Of a stretch of DNA of 64,000 nt, positions 26,266-39,701 are shown in pieces. A program made the translations under genes and the position numbers. The notes below the pieces were generated by a model. That model searched no databases. It saw only the letters and a program-made list of their open reading frames with translations, and had not been told where the DNA came from. Numbering within the stretch: position 1 is the first letter of the stretch; the number at the start of each line of letters is the position of its first letter. The stretch is taken from the NCBI RefSeq assembly GCF_001194135.2, contig NC_068988.1:54914133-54978132 (forward strand), in the 5' to 3' direction. The stretch comes from Octopus bimaculoides (Eukaryota).

Positions 26266-27785
26266 TTATGATAATGAGGAGGAGGATGTATATATGTATT
26301 ATATTTATTTGTAAAATATATTTTAAAAATTTCCATTAACTTGCTTCCAGCATTGACAGATGAAAAAGCTTTCTTTTGTTGTGTTTTTTTTTTTAATGTT
26401 TTTGTTGTATGCTGAAACTACTACTCAGTTGTGGCCCTACCAAGTGGCATAAGAGTTGGTTGACTTTCATTTTTAATTTTGTCTTCTAAACAGTGTAACT
26501 CTTTGACTATCTTTAAATATGTCACTAACCTAAATGGTATGATATCCTGTTACTGTGTTCTGAATATTACTTAGTAAAGAATGCTTTATTTATTGCTCAG
26601 GAAATAGAAACCATTCTTGCCATCTGGAAATAATTTTAATGATTTTGTTTGTCCAATTCATTTTATGCCTGATTTTTTTTTTTCATGTTGGCTTGGGTTG
26701 GATGAATACTCAGCAAGGCATTGTTTTATAGTTGGCGGCCCTTTCTGCCACTGACCCTTACCTATTTTTCTAGTGAGGGATTATTTATGCTTCTTATTTT
26801 TGAAAGCGCAGAGCTAGGGGATGATTGTTTGGGTTGGAAATGTCAAGAGACATCACTGATTTTTTTAATTTTTTTTACCTCAATACTTTCATATGAGTGT
26901 AAACACACAGATAGCAGCATGCATACACACACACACTCACACACACAGACACACCTATATGTATATTATGGGTTTGCTTCCATACATTCAGTTTCCATCT
27001 ATCAATGCATTGGTCAACCCAAGGCATTGGTAGATGGAAACTGTAGAAGACAGCTTCCTAAGATGCCACATTGTGACATAGAACTCAAGATCATGTGGTA
27101 ACAAAACAAGCTTCATATCCACAGAGCTATGCCTGTGCTCAATTATTCCATGTTCTACTATAGACAGTTGCTCAATATGAATTCTAAGATTTGGCCAGTG
27201 TCACTTGTATGAGTAGTAAACAATTACAAACTATTAACATGAAAGTTTTACATTTCCCATTTATTCCAGGGCTCTTTTATAGCAAGACACCTGTTTCTAT
27301 TTCTCTGTTATACTTTAACCTCTCTTCACCTGACACAAAACCACCAGTATTACACCCATCTCAGTTGAGGGGTCTTGTCTTGTGAGTTTCTTGGTGACCT
27401 CACTGGTGCTGGTGCCACTTCGTACAATCTGTAAAGTGATTAGCATTAGGAATGGCATTCAGCTGTAGAAACCATGCTGAAGCAGACATTGGAGCTTGGC
27501 ACTGTCCTCTGGCTTGTCAGCTCCTGCTGAATCACCCAACCCATACCAGCCTGGTAAGCAGACATTAAATAGTGATGATGATGATGAAAATGAGTTCTTT
27601 TTATGTAAAATAATCTATAACTAGAAGTTAGAGGCACATAGACAGACACACCCATATAAATGGATAGAGGGATAATGGTTGGAGAGAAATCTATAGATGA
27701 ATGTTTATGAATGTTGGCATACTTGTAAATTATGTAGAAAGAAAAACAAGCTACATATTCACTTTTTTCTTTCTCATCACTCTAG

Positions 27786-27911
27786 ATGTTCCTGATGCAC
27801 AAGGTAATTCACCATCTCCAGCCAATGAACCATCAGAAGAAACAGCAGTGGAGAATGTTTCAGTCGTTAAACAATGCCCGCTCAAGACAGAAAGCAATAC
27901 TTCATCACCTG
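27786..27911 (+). CDS. PIKFYVE: PIKfyve coding exon 2 (DVPDAQGNSPSP...NTSSP)
   Basis: Polypyrimidine tract plus tctag acceptor; gtgaga donor at 27912; 126 nt, phase 1-1, open frame. Confidence 0.8.
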
Positions 27912-29573
27912 GTGAGAAAACTTTTACTTTATTAATCCTTTGTGGCACTTCTCATCTTTTGGTTCTCTCTGTGTCACTCTTATTCATTCTCTGCATGAAA
28001 GTAATGATTTCAAATTTTGGCACAAAACCTGCAATTTTAGAAAGTGGGTAAGTCAATTACGACCCCAGTAATCAACTGGCACTTATTTTATTGACCTTGA
28101 AAAGATGAAAGCAAAGTCAACCTCAGCAGAATTTGAACTCAGAACATAAAGACAGACGAAATGCTGCTAAACATTGTGCTAATGATTCTGCGAGCTCGCT
28201 GCCTTATTTCTACATGAAAATAATAAAATTGATTAAGCAAAGGACCTTTTATTTATGAAGTGGTGGAATGCAATCAATTGGCTTGGTCCTATCATCATCG
28301 ACCTCAGCAAGAGAAAAATCAATCATTGCACTATTGAGATTTGAACTCACAAATAGGTGCAGGCATGACTGTGTGGTTAAGAAATTTGCTTTCCAATAAT
28401 GTGGTCTTGTGCCAATCCTACTATTTATTATCTTAGGCAACTGTCTTCTGATATATCTCCACTCCACAGGCCAACCAATGGATTTTGTAGACAGAAACTG
28501 AAAGAAGCTCGTCTTGTGTGTGTGTGTGTGCTGATGTGTAATTTTGCCTCATCATCACATGATGGTTGTAAATGAGCTTCGTCATCCTACAAGCAGTGTT
28601 GTTTATTTTCAGTCTCCTATGAAAAACCTGTTTGGCTATTAGGAAATATTACCTTGCTTGGAAACAGGTGTGGCTTTGCAATGGGAAGGGTATCCAGCTG
28701 TAGAAAATCTGTCTCAACAAATTCTGTCTTGTGCATGCAAACAAAGAAAAGCGGATATTAAATGATAATGACAATGAAATATGGAGTAATGACGTAGCTA
28801 ATTTAAACGATATAAATCATTGTCCATTGTTTGAAGTAGCTTCGTCATTCATTTTATTATTTACTGTAATAGGAAAAATAATTAAAACTGAATTTTAGTT
28901 TAGCTGGTCTTGAGTGTCTCTTCTTTTGAAACTCAATTTTCATTAGTTTTAACAGAGAGGAAGGTGTAAGTCTACAGAAAATCCATTGTCCTATTAATTA
29001 ATTACATTTTTTTTTCTTCGCTACTTTGAAGTATGATGACCTTAATTTATCTTAAAGCAAAGTTGGACATGAAAGTATTAAGAGTTTATACACTGCTTAC
29101 AGCAATGAATGTACTTTGTAAAAAAAGTACCTACTTACAGCAGTAATTTTTTCTTCAGTCTTCAATGACTCCTATTTATAACCATAAATTGTACTTCTCC
29201 AAAATATCTACATACAGTAGTGATCTGTACTTCACTTCTTAATACCACCTATTTTCAAGTAGAGTTCAAATACATTGCCTGGTAAGTGTTTTTACCAAAC
29301 ACAGTGGAAAAACCAAGGACAAACTACAGACTGTCAATTCTTTAGAGATATAGTGATTCAGACAGTTGTTACTCTTTATTTAGTATTAATGCTGTGATGT
29401 TCTTTAGTTTTGAAGTTACTCTCTTTTCGATTTTTATTTTGTTGAAAAGTATGACTTTAGGTGTGGATATGGCTATGAGAGTAAGAAGTTTTCTTTTCAA
29501 GTATGTGATCTTCCACTATAGTTCCAGGCTGACCAAAGCTTTGTGAATGGATTTGGTATGCAGAAACTGAAAG

Positions 29574-29803
29574 CCAGCAAGCTGGCAGGAACGTTAGCAC
29601 GTCGGGCGAAATGCTTAGCGGTATTTTGTCTGTCTTTACGTTCTGAGTTCAAATTCCACCGAGGTCGACTTTGCCTTTCATCCTTTTGGGGTCGATGAAT
29701 TAAGCACCAGTTATGCACTGGGGTCGATATAATCAACTTAATCCATTTGTTTGTCCTTGTTTGTCCCCTCTATGTTTAGGCCCTTGTGGGCAGTAAAGAA
29801 ATA
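29574..29803 (+). mobile_element. tRNA-headed SINE, family A (Meta-domain-like), nested in a family C SINE
   Basis: gagttcaaattcc B box, gtcgactttgcctttcatcc domain; 12-bp TSD agaaactgaaag at 29562-29573 and 29804-29815; relatives near 270, 28050, 30215, 33130, 42040, 42730, 44690 and 44990. Confidence 0.85.
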
Positions 29804-29824
29804 AGAAACTGAAAGAAGCTCATA

Positions 29825-29872
<48 letters not shown>

Positions 29873-30619
29873 NNNNNNNNNNNNNNNNNNNNNNNNNNNN
29901 NNNNNNNNNNNNNNNNNNNNNNNNNNNNNNNNNNNNNNNNNNNNNNNNNNNNNNNNNNNNNNNNNNNNNNNNNNNNNNNNNNNNNNNNNNNNNNNNNNNN
30001 NNNNNNNNNNNNNNNNNNNNNNNNNNNNNNNNNNNNNNNNNNNNNNNNNNNNNNNNNNNNNNNNNNNNNNNNNNNNNNNNNNNNNNNNNNNNNNNNNNNN
30101 NNNNAAAAAAAAAAAAAAAAAAAAAACTGTCTTAACGAATTCTGTTCAATCCATGCTAACATATAAAAGTGGACATTAAAACGATGACAATATACTGTTC
30201 ATTTTAAGTGGGCAAGCTGGCAGAATTGTTAGCATACCAGACAAATTGCTTAGCAGCATTTCATCTATCTTCATATTTTGAGTTCAAATTCTGCTGAGGT
30301 CAACTTTGCCTTTCATCCTTTCTGGCTTGATGAAATAAGTACCAGTTGAGCACTGGGGTCACTATAATTGCTGGCCTTGTGCCAAAAATTATATCATTGC
30401 TGGCCTTGTGCCAAAAATTTGAAACCAACATACTATTCCTTTGATTTTCCTGTTGACTGTTGAGTTAATAATTTGTTATAATGACCATCACCATTGGTTA
30501 GCTTTAACTATTGCAGAGTTATCTCCATTCCAACTTATTATGTATGTATCTATTGATTTCTTACCTAATATAGTGACAACAACCTTTTGATTACTTTTGT
30601 CTTTCCACATTGTATATAT

Positions 30620-30935
30620 TTGCCTTTGCTATGGCAGAAGTATTGTTTGCATTCGTGTTTGTTTGTCTGTGGACAAGATATCTCAAGAACCACTGGGTTT
30701 GGCCTCATGACTGGCACGAACTGATAAGATTTTGGGATCAATCCAGTACCGGACAAAGATTCTGGATTATTTTGCCGACTTTTTTACTTAATTTTTGAGA
30801 GTGGTCAGGTTCATTTTTAGTATTCACGTTTGTGAAAGCAGTCGAGTTTATTTCAGATATTCTCATTTTAAAAATCATCTCTGGCTGATCATTGAGGGGA
30901 TGTTGGTGTTGCCTTGGCAGAGCTTTGTGCTCTTG
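30620..30935 (+). mobile_element. Second copy of the Helentron-like element
   Basis: Aligns by eye with the reverse complement of 11533-11882. Confidence 0.5.
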
Positions 30936-31023
30936 ATTTTATTTACTTTTACATTTATGTTCTAGAAATATAATGAGTTTATGAAATTGTATCATTATAT
31001 GGTTTTTCCCTTTGATATTGCAG

Positions 31024-31160
31024 AGACTGAGGAAGAAAGCAGTGTCTCTGAGGATGCTGAAATGCAGACAAAACACCCTGATAGCCCGATGAACCCTCAA
31101 CGTCGAAGTCTGACAAGTGTTCTTAGTCGCATTAGCAGTATTTTAGATAGAGGAAGCTCA
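31024..31160 (+). CDS. PIKFYVE: PIKfyve coding exon 3 (ETEEESS...RRSLTSVLSRISSILDRGSS)
   Basis: ttgcag acceptor, gtaagt donor at 31161; phase 1-0; RSLTSVL resembles the conserved pre-FYVE helix. Confidence 0.9.
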
Positions 31161-31771
31161 GTAAGTCATTTTCTAACGTAACATCTAATAACTGTGTTGT
31201 TCAATTTAGGTAGGTATATGCCTCTATACACATGGCAAGTGGATTGGATATAAAGATGTGCAGGTCATGGATCATTAGCTCATGTCTTCAAGCATTTGTA
31301 ACATTTTGGATTTCTGACTACAACACTTTCACTTTGTTATGAATTGAAAATTAGAAGTATTGCTATGCTTTACCTTGGGTTACATTACAATTATCAAGAC
31401 TAATTAATTAAGTACATCCATAATAGCTTACTTCAATTTGCACTGTTTTTCTTCTTAATTCCTTCAACTCTGTGTGGAGTGCAGGGCACTAGCTAGTTTT
31501 GTGTTAAAATTGACCAAATCTGACCTCTCACACCTACCCTTCAATGTCATTCTAAAAATATACAAACACACCATTGAAATCTTGAAGCTACAAGATAATG
31601 CATGATTAATTCAAAGCAATGAATAAATAAGCAATACATTTGACAAAGAAACCTGAATGTAAAGGGGTTGAATATTTCTCTAGCTAATCCATGCCAGCAT
31701 GGAAAGCGGATGTTAAATGATGATGATAATTACTTAAATTACTCATCAGCAACTGAAAGTTGTCACAATAT

Positions 31772-31821
<50 letters not shown>

Positions 31822-31904
31822 CCCCCCCTCTCTCTCACATAACACATGTTGATATTGAAATGTAATATTTTAGGGTTAATATTGTTTATTTGATATTTTT
31901 ACAG

Positions 31905-32079
31905 AAAGAAAGTGATTTTAAGCAATATTGGATGCCTGACAGCAGCTGTAGGGAGTGCTATGATTGTGGGGATAAGTTTACCACATTAAGAAGGCGCCAC
32001 CACTGCCGGATTTGTGGCCAGATCTTTTGCAGCAAATGCTGTAATCAAGAATTACCAGGAAAGATCATGGGGCACAGAG
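31905..32079 (+). CDS. PIKFYVE: PIKfyve coding exon 4, FYVE domain
   Basis: KESDFKQYWMPDSSCRECYDCGDKFTTLRRRHHCRICGQIFCSKCC; tttacag acceptor, gtaaaa donor; phase 0-1. Confidence 0.97.
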
Positions 32080-33733
32080 GTAAAACAGGTTTTCACTGTA
32101 ATCATCATTCATCGTTATCAAGTAGCCATTTTTCTTATCACTTTTGTAATGAAACATTTGAGTATGAGTCTCCCTAGGTTAATGTTTTCTTTCTGTAAAT
32201 ATGTCAGGCTTTATAGAGTTAACAGCTGTTGTTGAGATTTAGTAGATGTCTAAGGCTTTAGTATTCAGAGGATAGAACTCAGTTATGATGTCACTTTTAA
32301 GTTGCTTGCCAGCTGTTGTTTGAATTGTCAAATGCAATAATACTATTCAACAAGTGATATATATAGGTATTGGGTTTAATGAATTTAGTTTCCTTTGATG
32401 TTTATTAATATTGTTCTGTTGGTGAAATATTCGAAACAAAACTATGATATTCATTGTCATGTCACCATTCTAGAATAGGTTAGACATGTTTTTGAATCAA
32501 GTTATGGTTATAAGCATTTATTTGAGCTAAACTATTCCGTCATGAGAGATAGACAGTCTGTAAGAAAATTTCAACTTATAGTATATGGACTTCCAATTGA
32601 AACTTAGCTCCTATACAGCTTAGTTATCATGATCTTATTTGGGCCTTTTTTTATCTTCCCATAATGGGTACCAAGACATGTGTTGTTCTAATAACAATAT
32701 AAAATGAGTAACTTAGTAAATCAATAAATTATGCTGAGTCCACCATCTTAAATGCCTTTAGTAATCTTGGTGAACATCGGATATTTGTTTGGTTAGTTTA
32801 TAATCAATGAAACTTTATTAAAACTATCCAACCAATGTTATCCAACCAGTTTTATTTCATGAACCAGTGATTTGAGAAAGGCTGTTCAGTTGAATATAAC
32901 ATAATAAAGATTTGTCTTTCTTTTTACACTATCAGGTTGATGAATGACTCCTGGTGACTTTCCTGACAAGAGCTATGTGATAATCATAGAAATTTTGTGG
33001 TTCTAGTTGTCTGTTTTGGCATGGTAACCATGGCTGAATGCCCTTCCTAACACTAGCCATTTTGTAGAGTGAACTAAGTGCTTTTTACATGGCACCAACA
33101 CTAGCACCAAATATTGTAAATTTGTCCAACACTCTAACAATTCCTCAAACCCACCACCCTGGACAGGTATTATATTTCACTGATTTTCAGGAGGAGGAAA
33201 AGTAAAGTTGGCCTCTCTGGGATTTGAACTCAGAACGTAGATTACCAGAACAAATATTGTAAGGCATTATTTGTCTGATGCACTGTTTATTCTTCAGATT
33301 TATATTGTATCAAATGGATATCTTATAAAACTATTCCGCACACACAATAACAACCATACCAACAATCTAACATACCTCCATCATCAGCTGCAGATATCAT
33401 TATGGTTTCGACACCTGGGCAGTACCATTCAATCCAACGGTGTCAACAGCACTAAACTATGACTGTGATTTTCAACATAGGCATAAAGCCCCAAGTTTAT
33501 CTGGATGGAGTAAAGTTGATTGAATCAACCATCTTCAGAAAAACGAAAGTACTGGTACTTATATTACCAAATCCCTGAGGGAAGAAAGGCAAATTTGACC
33601 TTGTTAGAATTTGATTGGTTGCAAGGTATTTTGTCCATCACTATGACTGATTCTGCTAATCCTCTTCCCCTTTTTCCTGACATAAATAATGACTATATAT
33701 TTATTGCTTTTTTTTTGTTGTTTGTTTTTGTAG

Positions 33734-33977
33734 GTGGTGTGCGTGTGTGTGAGTATTGTTGTCGTGCAGTTACAACATATACAAAACAACAAGGTAGCAC
33801 TTCTGGAGACCTTCAGAATTTCAAAGATGACTTGAAGAATTTGAATCCTCTTCAGAGTGGGGAGAGCTTACCACCTTCCAATAGTGGATCAGGTGGTAAA
33901 GATAGTGGCTGGTGGACCCCTGTTCTTCAGAAGAGGTACACCAGTTCAATTATGGATGAACAAATTCCTCATGGCCG
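33734..33977 (+). CDS. PIKFYVE: PIKfyve coding exon 5, FYVE C-terminus plus linker
   Basis: GVRVCEYCCR completes the FYVE finger; tttgtag acceptor, gtaagt donor; phase 1-2. Confidence 0.95.
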
Positions 33978-34079
33978 GTAAGTTATTTAATTAAAAGAGT
34001 GAACTTATAGATGTTAGACTGTTTTGATGTTAAACACAGTCACCCCCTTGGTTGCATCCAAAAGAAAGATTATCCAGCA

Positions 34080-34385
34080 AACTGACATGAATTCACTCAC
34101 AAACACTCTTCAGCCTCTGACCCACAAATGTCTTTTCTATTGCTACTAAAATGAATTCTGCTCTTTGGAGCTGGTTGTTCTTCTGTCACCTCTGTTGAGA
34201 TATTCCTGACTCAGTTGTCTACCATCACCTATACTGTAGCCACCTTCCCACCTCCTACAGTAACCACTGCATTAGTCCAGTCTCAGAACATTGGCTGTCT
34301 GGCATTCCCTCCCTGTGTATATTTTTACCTGCAGCCAATGACTTGGAGCTGTTCAAGAGGGACATTAATTGCATTTACCTTACCA
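34080..34385 (+). mobile_element. Decayed CR1/L2-like LINE 3' end
   Basis: TLQPLTH...LFY...FLPAANDLELFKRDIN resembles CR1/L2 ORF2 C-termini. Confidence 0.4.
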
Positions 34386-36246
34386 GTATTAGAGGGCCTG
34401 CAAATGCCATGGACACAGCTCCTTCCAGACCAATCCAATAAAGAAAAAATGGACAGAAGTTTCAAAGGGTTACTTCTTAACTCCCTTTTTCTGTAGCATT
34501 AAGTAGGGGAGAGCGACACTAGTTTATAGATAGAACACTCATCTATTGTTATATATTTCCAGAGAAGTATGACAAGAAGGAATAGTCTTGGCCAGAGACA
34601 CAACAAAATGCACATAGTAGATGTAGTAGATATAAACTTTCAATTCATTAATAGTGCACAACACAGCTACATCATGGGCAGTTTGATGCTTGAAATAAAC
34701 TTAGATTTTGTTATATGTTTAGAAACTATATTTTAAAGAAATGGTTGAAAAAAAAAAAAAATTGAAGGAAGCTGTTGTAGTTAGTGTATCTCTCTAGTCT
34801 GTAGAATTCCTTGTTAAGTTATACTGTCATAGTTTTTCTCACTACTTTTTTAGAAAATTATTGTTAAGCTTTCTATAACATGGTGAATAAGAATTTTGGA
34901 CCTTCCATCATCATCATCATTTAACATCCAGTTTCCCTGCTGGCAATTCTGTATTTAATAATTAATGAGTTCAATTTCAGTATGGGAACATGTGTACTTA
35001 CTGGGTATTTGATGTTGAGCAGAGATTAAGCCATTTAAAACGTTTTATTAAAAATCAGTAAATTAGAGGTTAACCATCCAAAGATTATTTTTCATGAGTT
35101 TATAAACCCACATTTTAAAAAAGAAAAAGTCAGATTGTTTTCCTCATCTCTGAGAGTTTGTGAAGTTTTACTTTAAGCCTTCATTTCCTATGAAGCATTG
35201 ACCATCAATGTTTTTTCCACTGTTCCCAGCTCTGAATTTTCTGCTTCCCTCCAGTTGGATCCCTGTTTTTCAGCTCTGCTTCAGAATCTTACCTCCAGTT
35301 ATTTTTAGGGCATTCTGTCTCTTCTGCTTCTCTTGTGGGTTCCAAGGGCAGGGTCTGAAGTGTAATGCTGGATGCTTGTTTCATTAAAGTGTGAGTTCCT
35401 CTTGGATTTTGTTGCACCATATTATATGTTTCCCTAGGGGGAAGGTCGTCCTCTCCCAGGTCTTGAATTCAAGAACAGAATTGATATATATTGATGAATA
35501 TACTAGAATAGTAAAAAATTTGAAATACCTATCTCATATACAGTAAAGGTGCATAATGGAAAAGTTAGCTTTGACTCATCATCCATCACCCAGGTGTCCT
35601 CTCTGTGTCCAAGGATCAGCCTTCCATGACTCTCCAGTTCTTTCTGTATTGTGCTGCATGCATATAATCAGCCAGGCTCTTGTTTTCAGTCCATTCTTTG
35701 ATGTCATTAGTCCACAAGTGTCTCTGATAGCCTCTTACTCTTTTCTCCTCCATTACTTATCAGAACAGTCTTGGGCAATGGCTTGTATTGCGTTGTATAT
35801 CCCAAATATGATAGCTTTGTGGACTTGATTCTTAACAATAAGTGTCTTAGGACTTTCAGCTGTTCTGGTACTGCAGCATTTGTTACCCTGTCTTTCCAGC
35901 TTTTTCTGCTCAGTCTATGAAAGATTCACACCTCAAAGGTTTCTATCATCTGTTTTCATTTCTCTGTACATTGTCCCAGTTTCTGCTCCACTGAGCACAG
36001 CTGGCATAATTGTGTAACTCTTACACAATAATACACCGGGAAGCTTCTGTATTGAAGAAGGTTTTACTATCAGCCTTAAAAACAGTAAAGTTATGTCAAT
36101 GCTGTTGAGAAAGGCATGAATACCATGATTTTTCTTACCTTACCTCTACTGTTTGTTACTATTGTCTTCATTTCTAAAAGATGATTTCCTATGTATGCCA
36201 ATATAAAAGAATCATTAATGATATTATTATTTAACTTCTTTTTTAG

Positions 36247-36373
36247 GTCTCACAGTTCTCCAGATATTACCAATGGTGAGTCAAATAAGGTATCGGCACC
36301 TTTTGACCTCACTCATCAGCCAGAATTTGCTAGTATTGAAAATATTGCAAATGAAAGTAAGAAACTAACACAG
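36247..36373 (+). CDS. PIKFYVE: PIKfyve coding exon 6 (SHSSPDITNGES...KKLTQ)
   Basis: ttttag acceptor, gtaact donor; 127 nt, phase 2-0, open frame. Confidence 0.88.
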
Positions 36374-36645
36374 GTAACTCTTTTTTTCCCCCCCATCAAT
36401 TCTACAAATTAGATTAAGCTTCTATATCTGTATACAAACTCATTCAAACTTTCTTAAATGATTTTTGTCAATGCAAATTTCTAATATTTTGTTTGAACTC
36501 TGAGTTTTATTTATTAAACAGCACTTAGTCATGCTAAAAATCTCAATGTTATTTTCAGATTTAAGTCTCTTCTTTTCTTTATTTTCTAAAGACTGCAAAT
36601 GAAAAGAGAATTCTTTATTCTATATTCTATATAATCCATGGAACT

Positions 36646-37030
36646 GTGGAGGCGCAATGGCCCAGTGGTTAGGGCAGTGGACTCGGGGTCATAGGATCGC
36701 GGTTTCGATTCCCAGACCAAGCGTTGTGAGTGTTTATTGAGCGAAAATACCTAAAGCTCCACGAGACTCCGGCAGGGGATGGTGGCAAACCCTGCTGTAC
36801 TCTTTCACCACAACTTTCTCTCACTCTTACTTCCTGTTTCTGTTGTGCCTGTAATTCAAAGAGTCAACCTTGTCACACTGTGTCACACTGAATATCCCCG
36901 AGAACCACGTTAAAGGTACACGTGTCTGTGGAGTGCTCAGCCACTTGCACGTTAATTTCACGAGCAGGCTGTTCCGTTGATCGGATCAACTGGAACCCTC
37001 GACGTCGTAAGCGACGGAGTGCCAACTAAG
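36646..37030 (+). mobile_element. tRNA-headed SINE, family B
   Basis: A box tggcccagtggttagg, B box ggtttcgattccc; 13-bp TSD aatccatggaact at 36633-36645 and 37031-37043. Confidence 0.92.
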
Positions 37031-37198
37031 AATCCATGGAACTAAATTAGGCAAGATATTCTAAGTAACTGAAGGAGGGTGTATCAAAATTGCACAAGTG
37101 AACTGGCAATAATCATCAAAGCTCAATAAACAGTTCTAGGTTTAAATTCATTGCACAGCTGGATATTACTGTTTTTCTATTTGCTTTTTTTTTTGTAG

Positions 37199-37356
37199 AA
37201 TTCTCTGCAGTTACGGGAACTTTGGCGTCATATTCAACATCCTAAAGATGGTGTTGAAATGCAGAGTCACCGATTTCGTTTAAAAACCTACCAACATTGT
37301 GTGACAGGAAAAGAACTAGTCGAATGGCTTCTGAGGAATGGAAAGGCTGCAAAACG
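37199..37356 (+). CDS. PIKFYVE: PIKfyve coding exon 7, DEP domain N-part
   Basis: NSLQLRELWRHIQHPKDGVEMQSHRFRLKTYQHCVTGKELVEWLLRNGKAAKR; tttgtag / gtgaat; phase 0-2. Confidence 0.95.
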
Positions 37357-38040
37357 GTGAATATATTTTCTTATTGTATTCATACTTAGAGGATTACAAT
37401 TCTGGCATAAATCTTAGCATAAGCTTTTATCTTCTGCTTGTTTCAGTCATTAGACTGTGGCCATACTGGAGCACCACCTTTAATGGGTTTAACTGAACAA
37501 ATCAATTTCAGTTCTTATTATTTTTATTATAGTACTTATTCTATCAGTTCCTTTTGCTGAACTGCCATGTTATGGGGATGTAAACAAAGCAAACACCAGT
37601 TGTCAAGCAGTGGTGATGGGAGACATACACAAAGACACACACACACATACATTCACAAGACCTCGTTTAGCCCAGGGCTATAGTGGATGACACTTGCCCA
37701 AGGTGCCGTGCAGTGGAACTGAACCCAAAATTATGTCATTACACAGTAATTTTCTTAACCGCACAGCCATGCCAGTGACTGTATTTTCAGGATCTTTTTT
37801 TTCTTTCACATTTCCTTACAAACTGCAACTATTATTGTCATAATTAAATCAGCACACTAATTAACGTTTTATTTGTATTTGTTTGTCTGAAAAGGAAGCA
37901 CATTAACTGTGGTTTTCTTCAGCTTTCAACTAAGGAATGGTTAAATGAAATACAATCATCTTAAAGTTAGTAAGTATGGAGTAGAAGGTTAACTGCCCAA
38001 TCCTATTTCATATCTGAATGTAATTTATTTTCTCTTTCAG

Positions 38041-38152
38041 AGTCCAAGCTGTTGCAATTGGTCAAGCACTTATTGATGCTTCATATCTTGAGTCAGTTTG
38101 CCGACAGTTGTCCTTCTTTCAAGATGATTACACACTTTACAAACCAGGAGAG
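38041..38152 (+). CDS. PIKFYVE: PIKfyve coding exon 8, DEP domain C-part
   Basis: VQAVAIGQALIDASYLESVCRQLSFFQDDYTLYKPGE; tttcag / gtcagt; phase 2-0. Confidence 0.95.
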
Positions 38153-38637
38153 GTCAGTATGTGAACTTTATTTAAACAATGCTTTGGGTGAGAAAAATTT
38201 AAAATGATGGGTTGATTTGAATTCTATAATATTGAATGAGTTTGATGTCTCACTACCTTAACTTATTGTAATCTAAGGTTAGTATTTTTCTGTGTTTCAT
38301 GAGTTACTGGGTATTAAAAATATCAGTTAATGTTGTTATTGTTCTTGTTCAGCTGAAATCCTCTCAATTTCTCCAAGATAATTTAACTAGGAATGCATCA
38401 TCCAATGTGTTTCTCCTTTTCTTAAGAGAGCATTATCTAATCCGAGGAAGATTTGGCTGCTATGTCTAGCAGGTTCAGTGACCATGTAGATACTCTCTCT
38501 TTGACTTGATCAACTAATGTATGCTGAGGAGATGATTACATTTGTATGTATATGTAATGCTTAAAAGTTGGTGGGTAGGATACAAACACAAAAGAGATAT
38601 CCTTTGAGATGCTAAATTTCTTTTCTTTCTATTTCAG

Positions 38638-38758
38638 GCTGCCAATGCTTTGGAACAGACACCACCTCCTAATATGCCTCCTTGTGTTGAAACAAACTTT
38701 GAACCATCCTGGTTAAAAGAAATCAACAACAAGGAATATGAAGATGAAAGTATTAACA
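38638..38758 (+). CDS. PIKFYVE: PIKfyve coding exon 9 (contains EPSWLKEI)
   Basis: atttcag acceptor, gtaagt donor at 38759; phase 0-1; EPSW motif follows the DEP domain in PIKfyve. Confidence 0.92.
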
Positions 38759-38780
38759 GTAAGTAATTAGAATTCATTAA

Positions 38781-39125
38781 GTGGAGATACATGGCTCACT
38801 GGTTAGAGTGTGAAGCTCACAACCATGAGGTAGTGAGTTCGATTCCTGCACTGAGCTGTGTGCTGTGTTCTTGAGCAAGACACTTTATTTCATATTGTTC
38901 CAGTTCACTCAGCTGTAGAAATGAGTTGTGACATCACTGGTGCCAAGCTGTGTCAGCCTTTGCCTTTCCCTTGGATAACATCTGTGGCGTGGAGATGGGA
39001 GGGTGGTGTGCATGGGTGACTGCTGGTCTTCCATTAACAACCTTGTCTAGGTTGGTGTCTTGGAGGTGAACTTTGTAGATGCAATCCCATGGTCATTCAT
39101 GACCAAAGGGGTTCTTTACCCTTTA
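38781..39125 (+). mobile_element. tRNA-headed CORE-SINE, near full length
   Basis: A box tggctcactggttaga, B box gagttcgattcc (38835-38846), CORE-like gtgttcttgagcaagacact; partial minus copies near 20070, 24050, 50720 and 56745. Confidence 0.8.
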
Positions 39126-39701
39126 TTTTACTGATTGTTATGGCAGCAGAATAGTCGGTCTTCTACTTGGTTGCTGACAATGGTTGCCATTCTTATTTCA
39201 AGTAAAGCAGTTAAAAAATATCTGCCAAATGGAATCTTATCTTTATGAGCTTCAGTCACTGAACTATGGCGCCACATTGAAGGTTTTAATTGAATTTCTA
39301 AGTCTGATACTTATTCTGTTGATCTCCTCTGCCAAACCAAAAAGTTATGTGGATGTAAACAAACCAACACTGGTTGTCAAATGGTGGTTAGGGACAAGCA
39401 CAAAGACACACACACACACATAAATATATGATGGGCTTCCACACAGCTTCCATCTATCAAATTCACTCAGAAAGCATTGGGGCTATTGTGGAAGGCGCTT
39501 GCTCAAAGTGCCACACTGTGAGACTGAACCTGAAACCATGTGGTAGCAAAACAAGCTTCTTAACCACACAGCTATGCTTACTAGATTTATTAATATTTGC
39601 ATAAAAGAATATCTAAGATTATTATTTACTCTTTATAATTCTGCATTTTTCTGTTGATTTATATTAAAATAAAATAATAAACTTCATTCTTCTCTTTGTA
39701 G

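Noticed and set aside
30367-30419. 29-bp-period tandem duplication
   Set aside because: Ordinary slippage within a SINE tail.
31161-31904. Possible microexon before the FYVE exon
   Set aside because: Phases already match (0-0) and I found no convincing AG...GT-bounded candidate.
36646-36720. tRNA-like sequence
   Set aside because: It is the head of a SINE flanked by a TSD with a 300-nt body, not a tRNA gene. The same applies to 38781.
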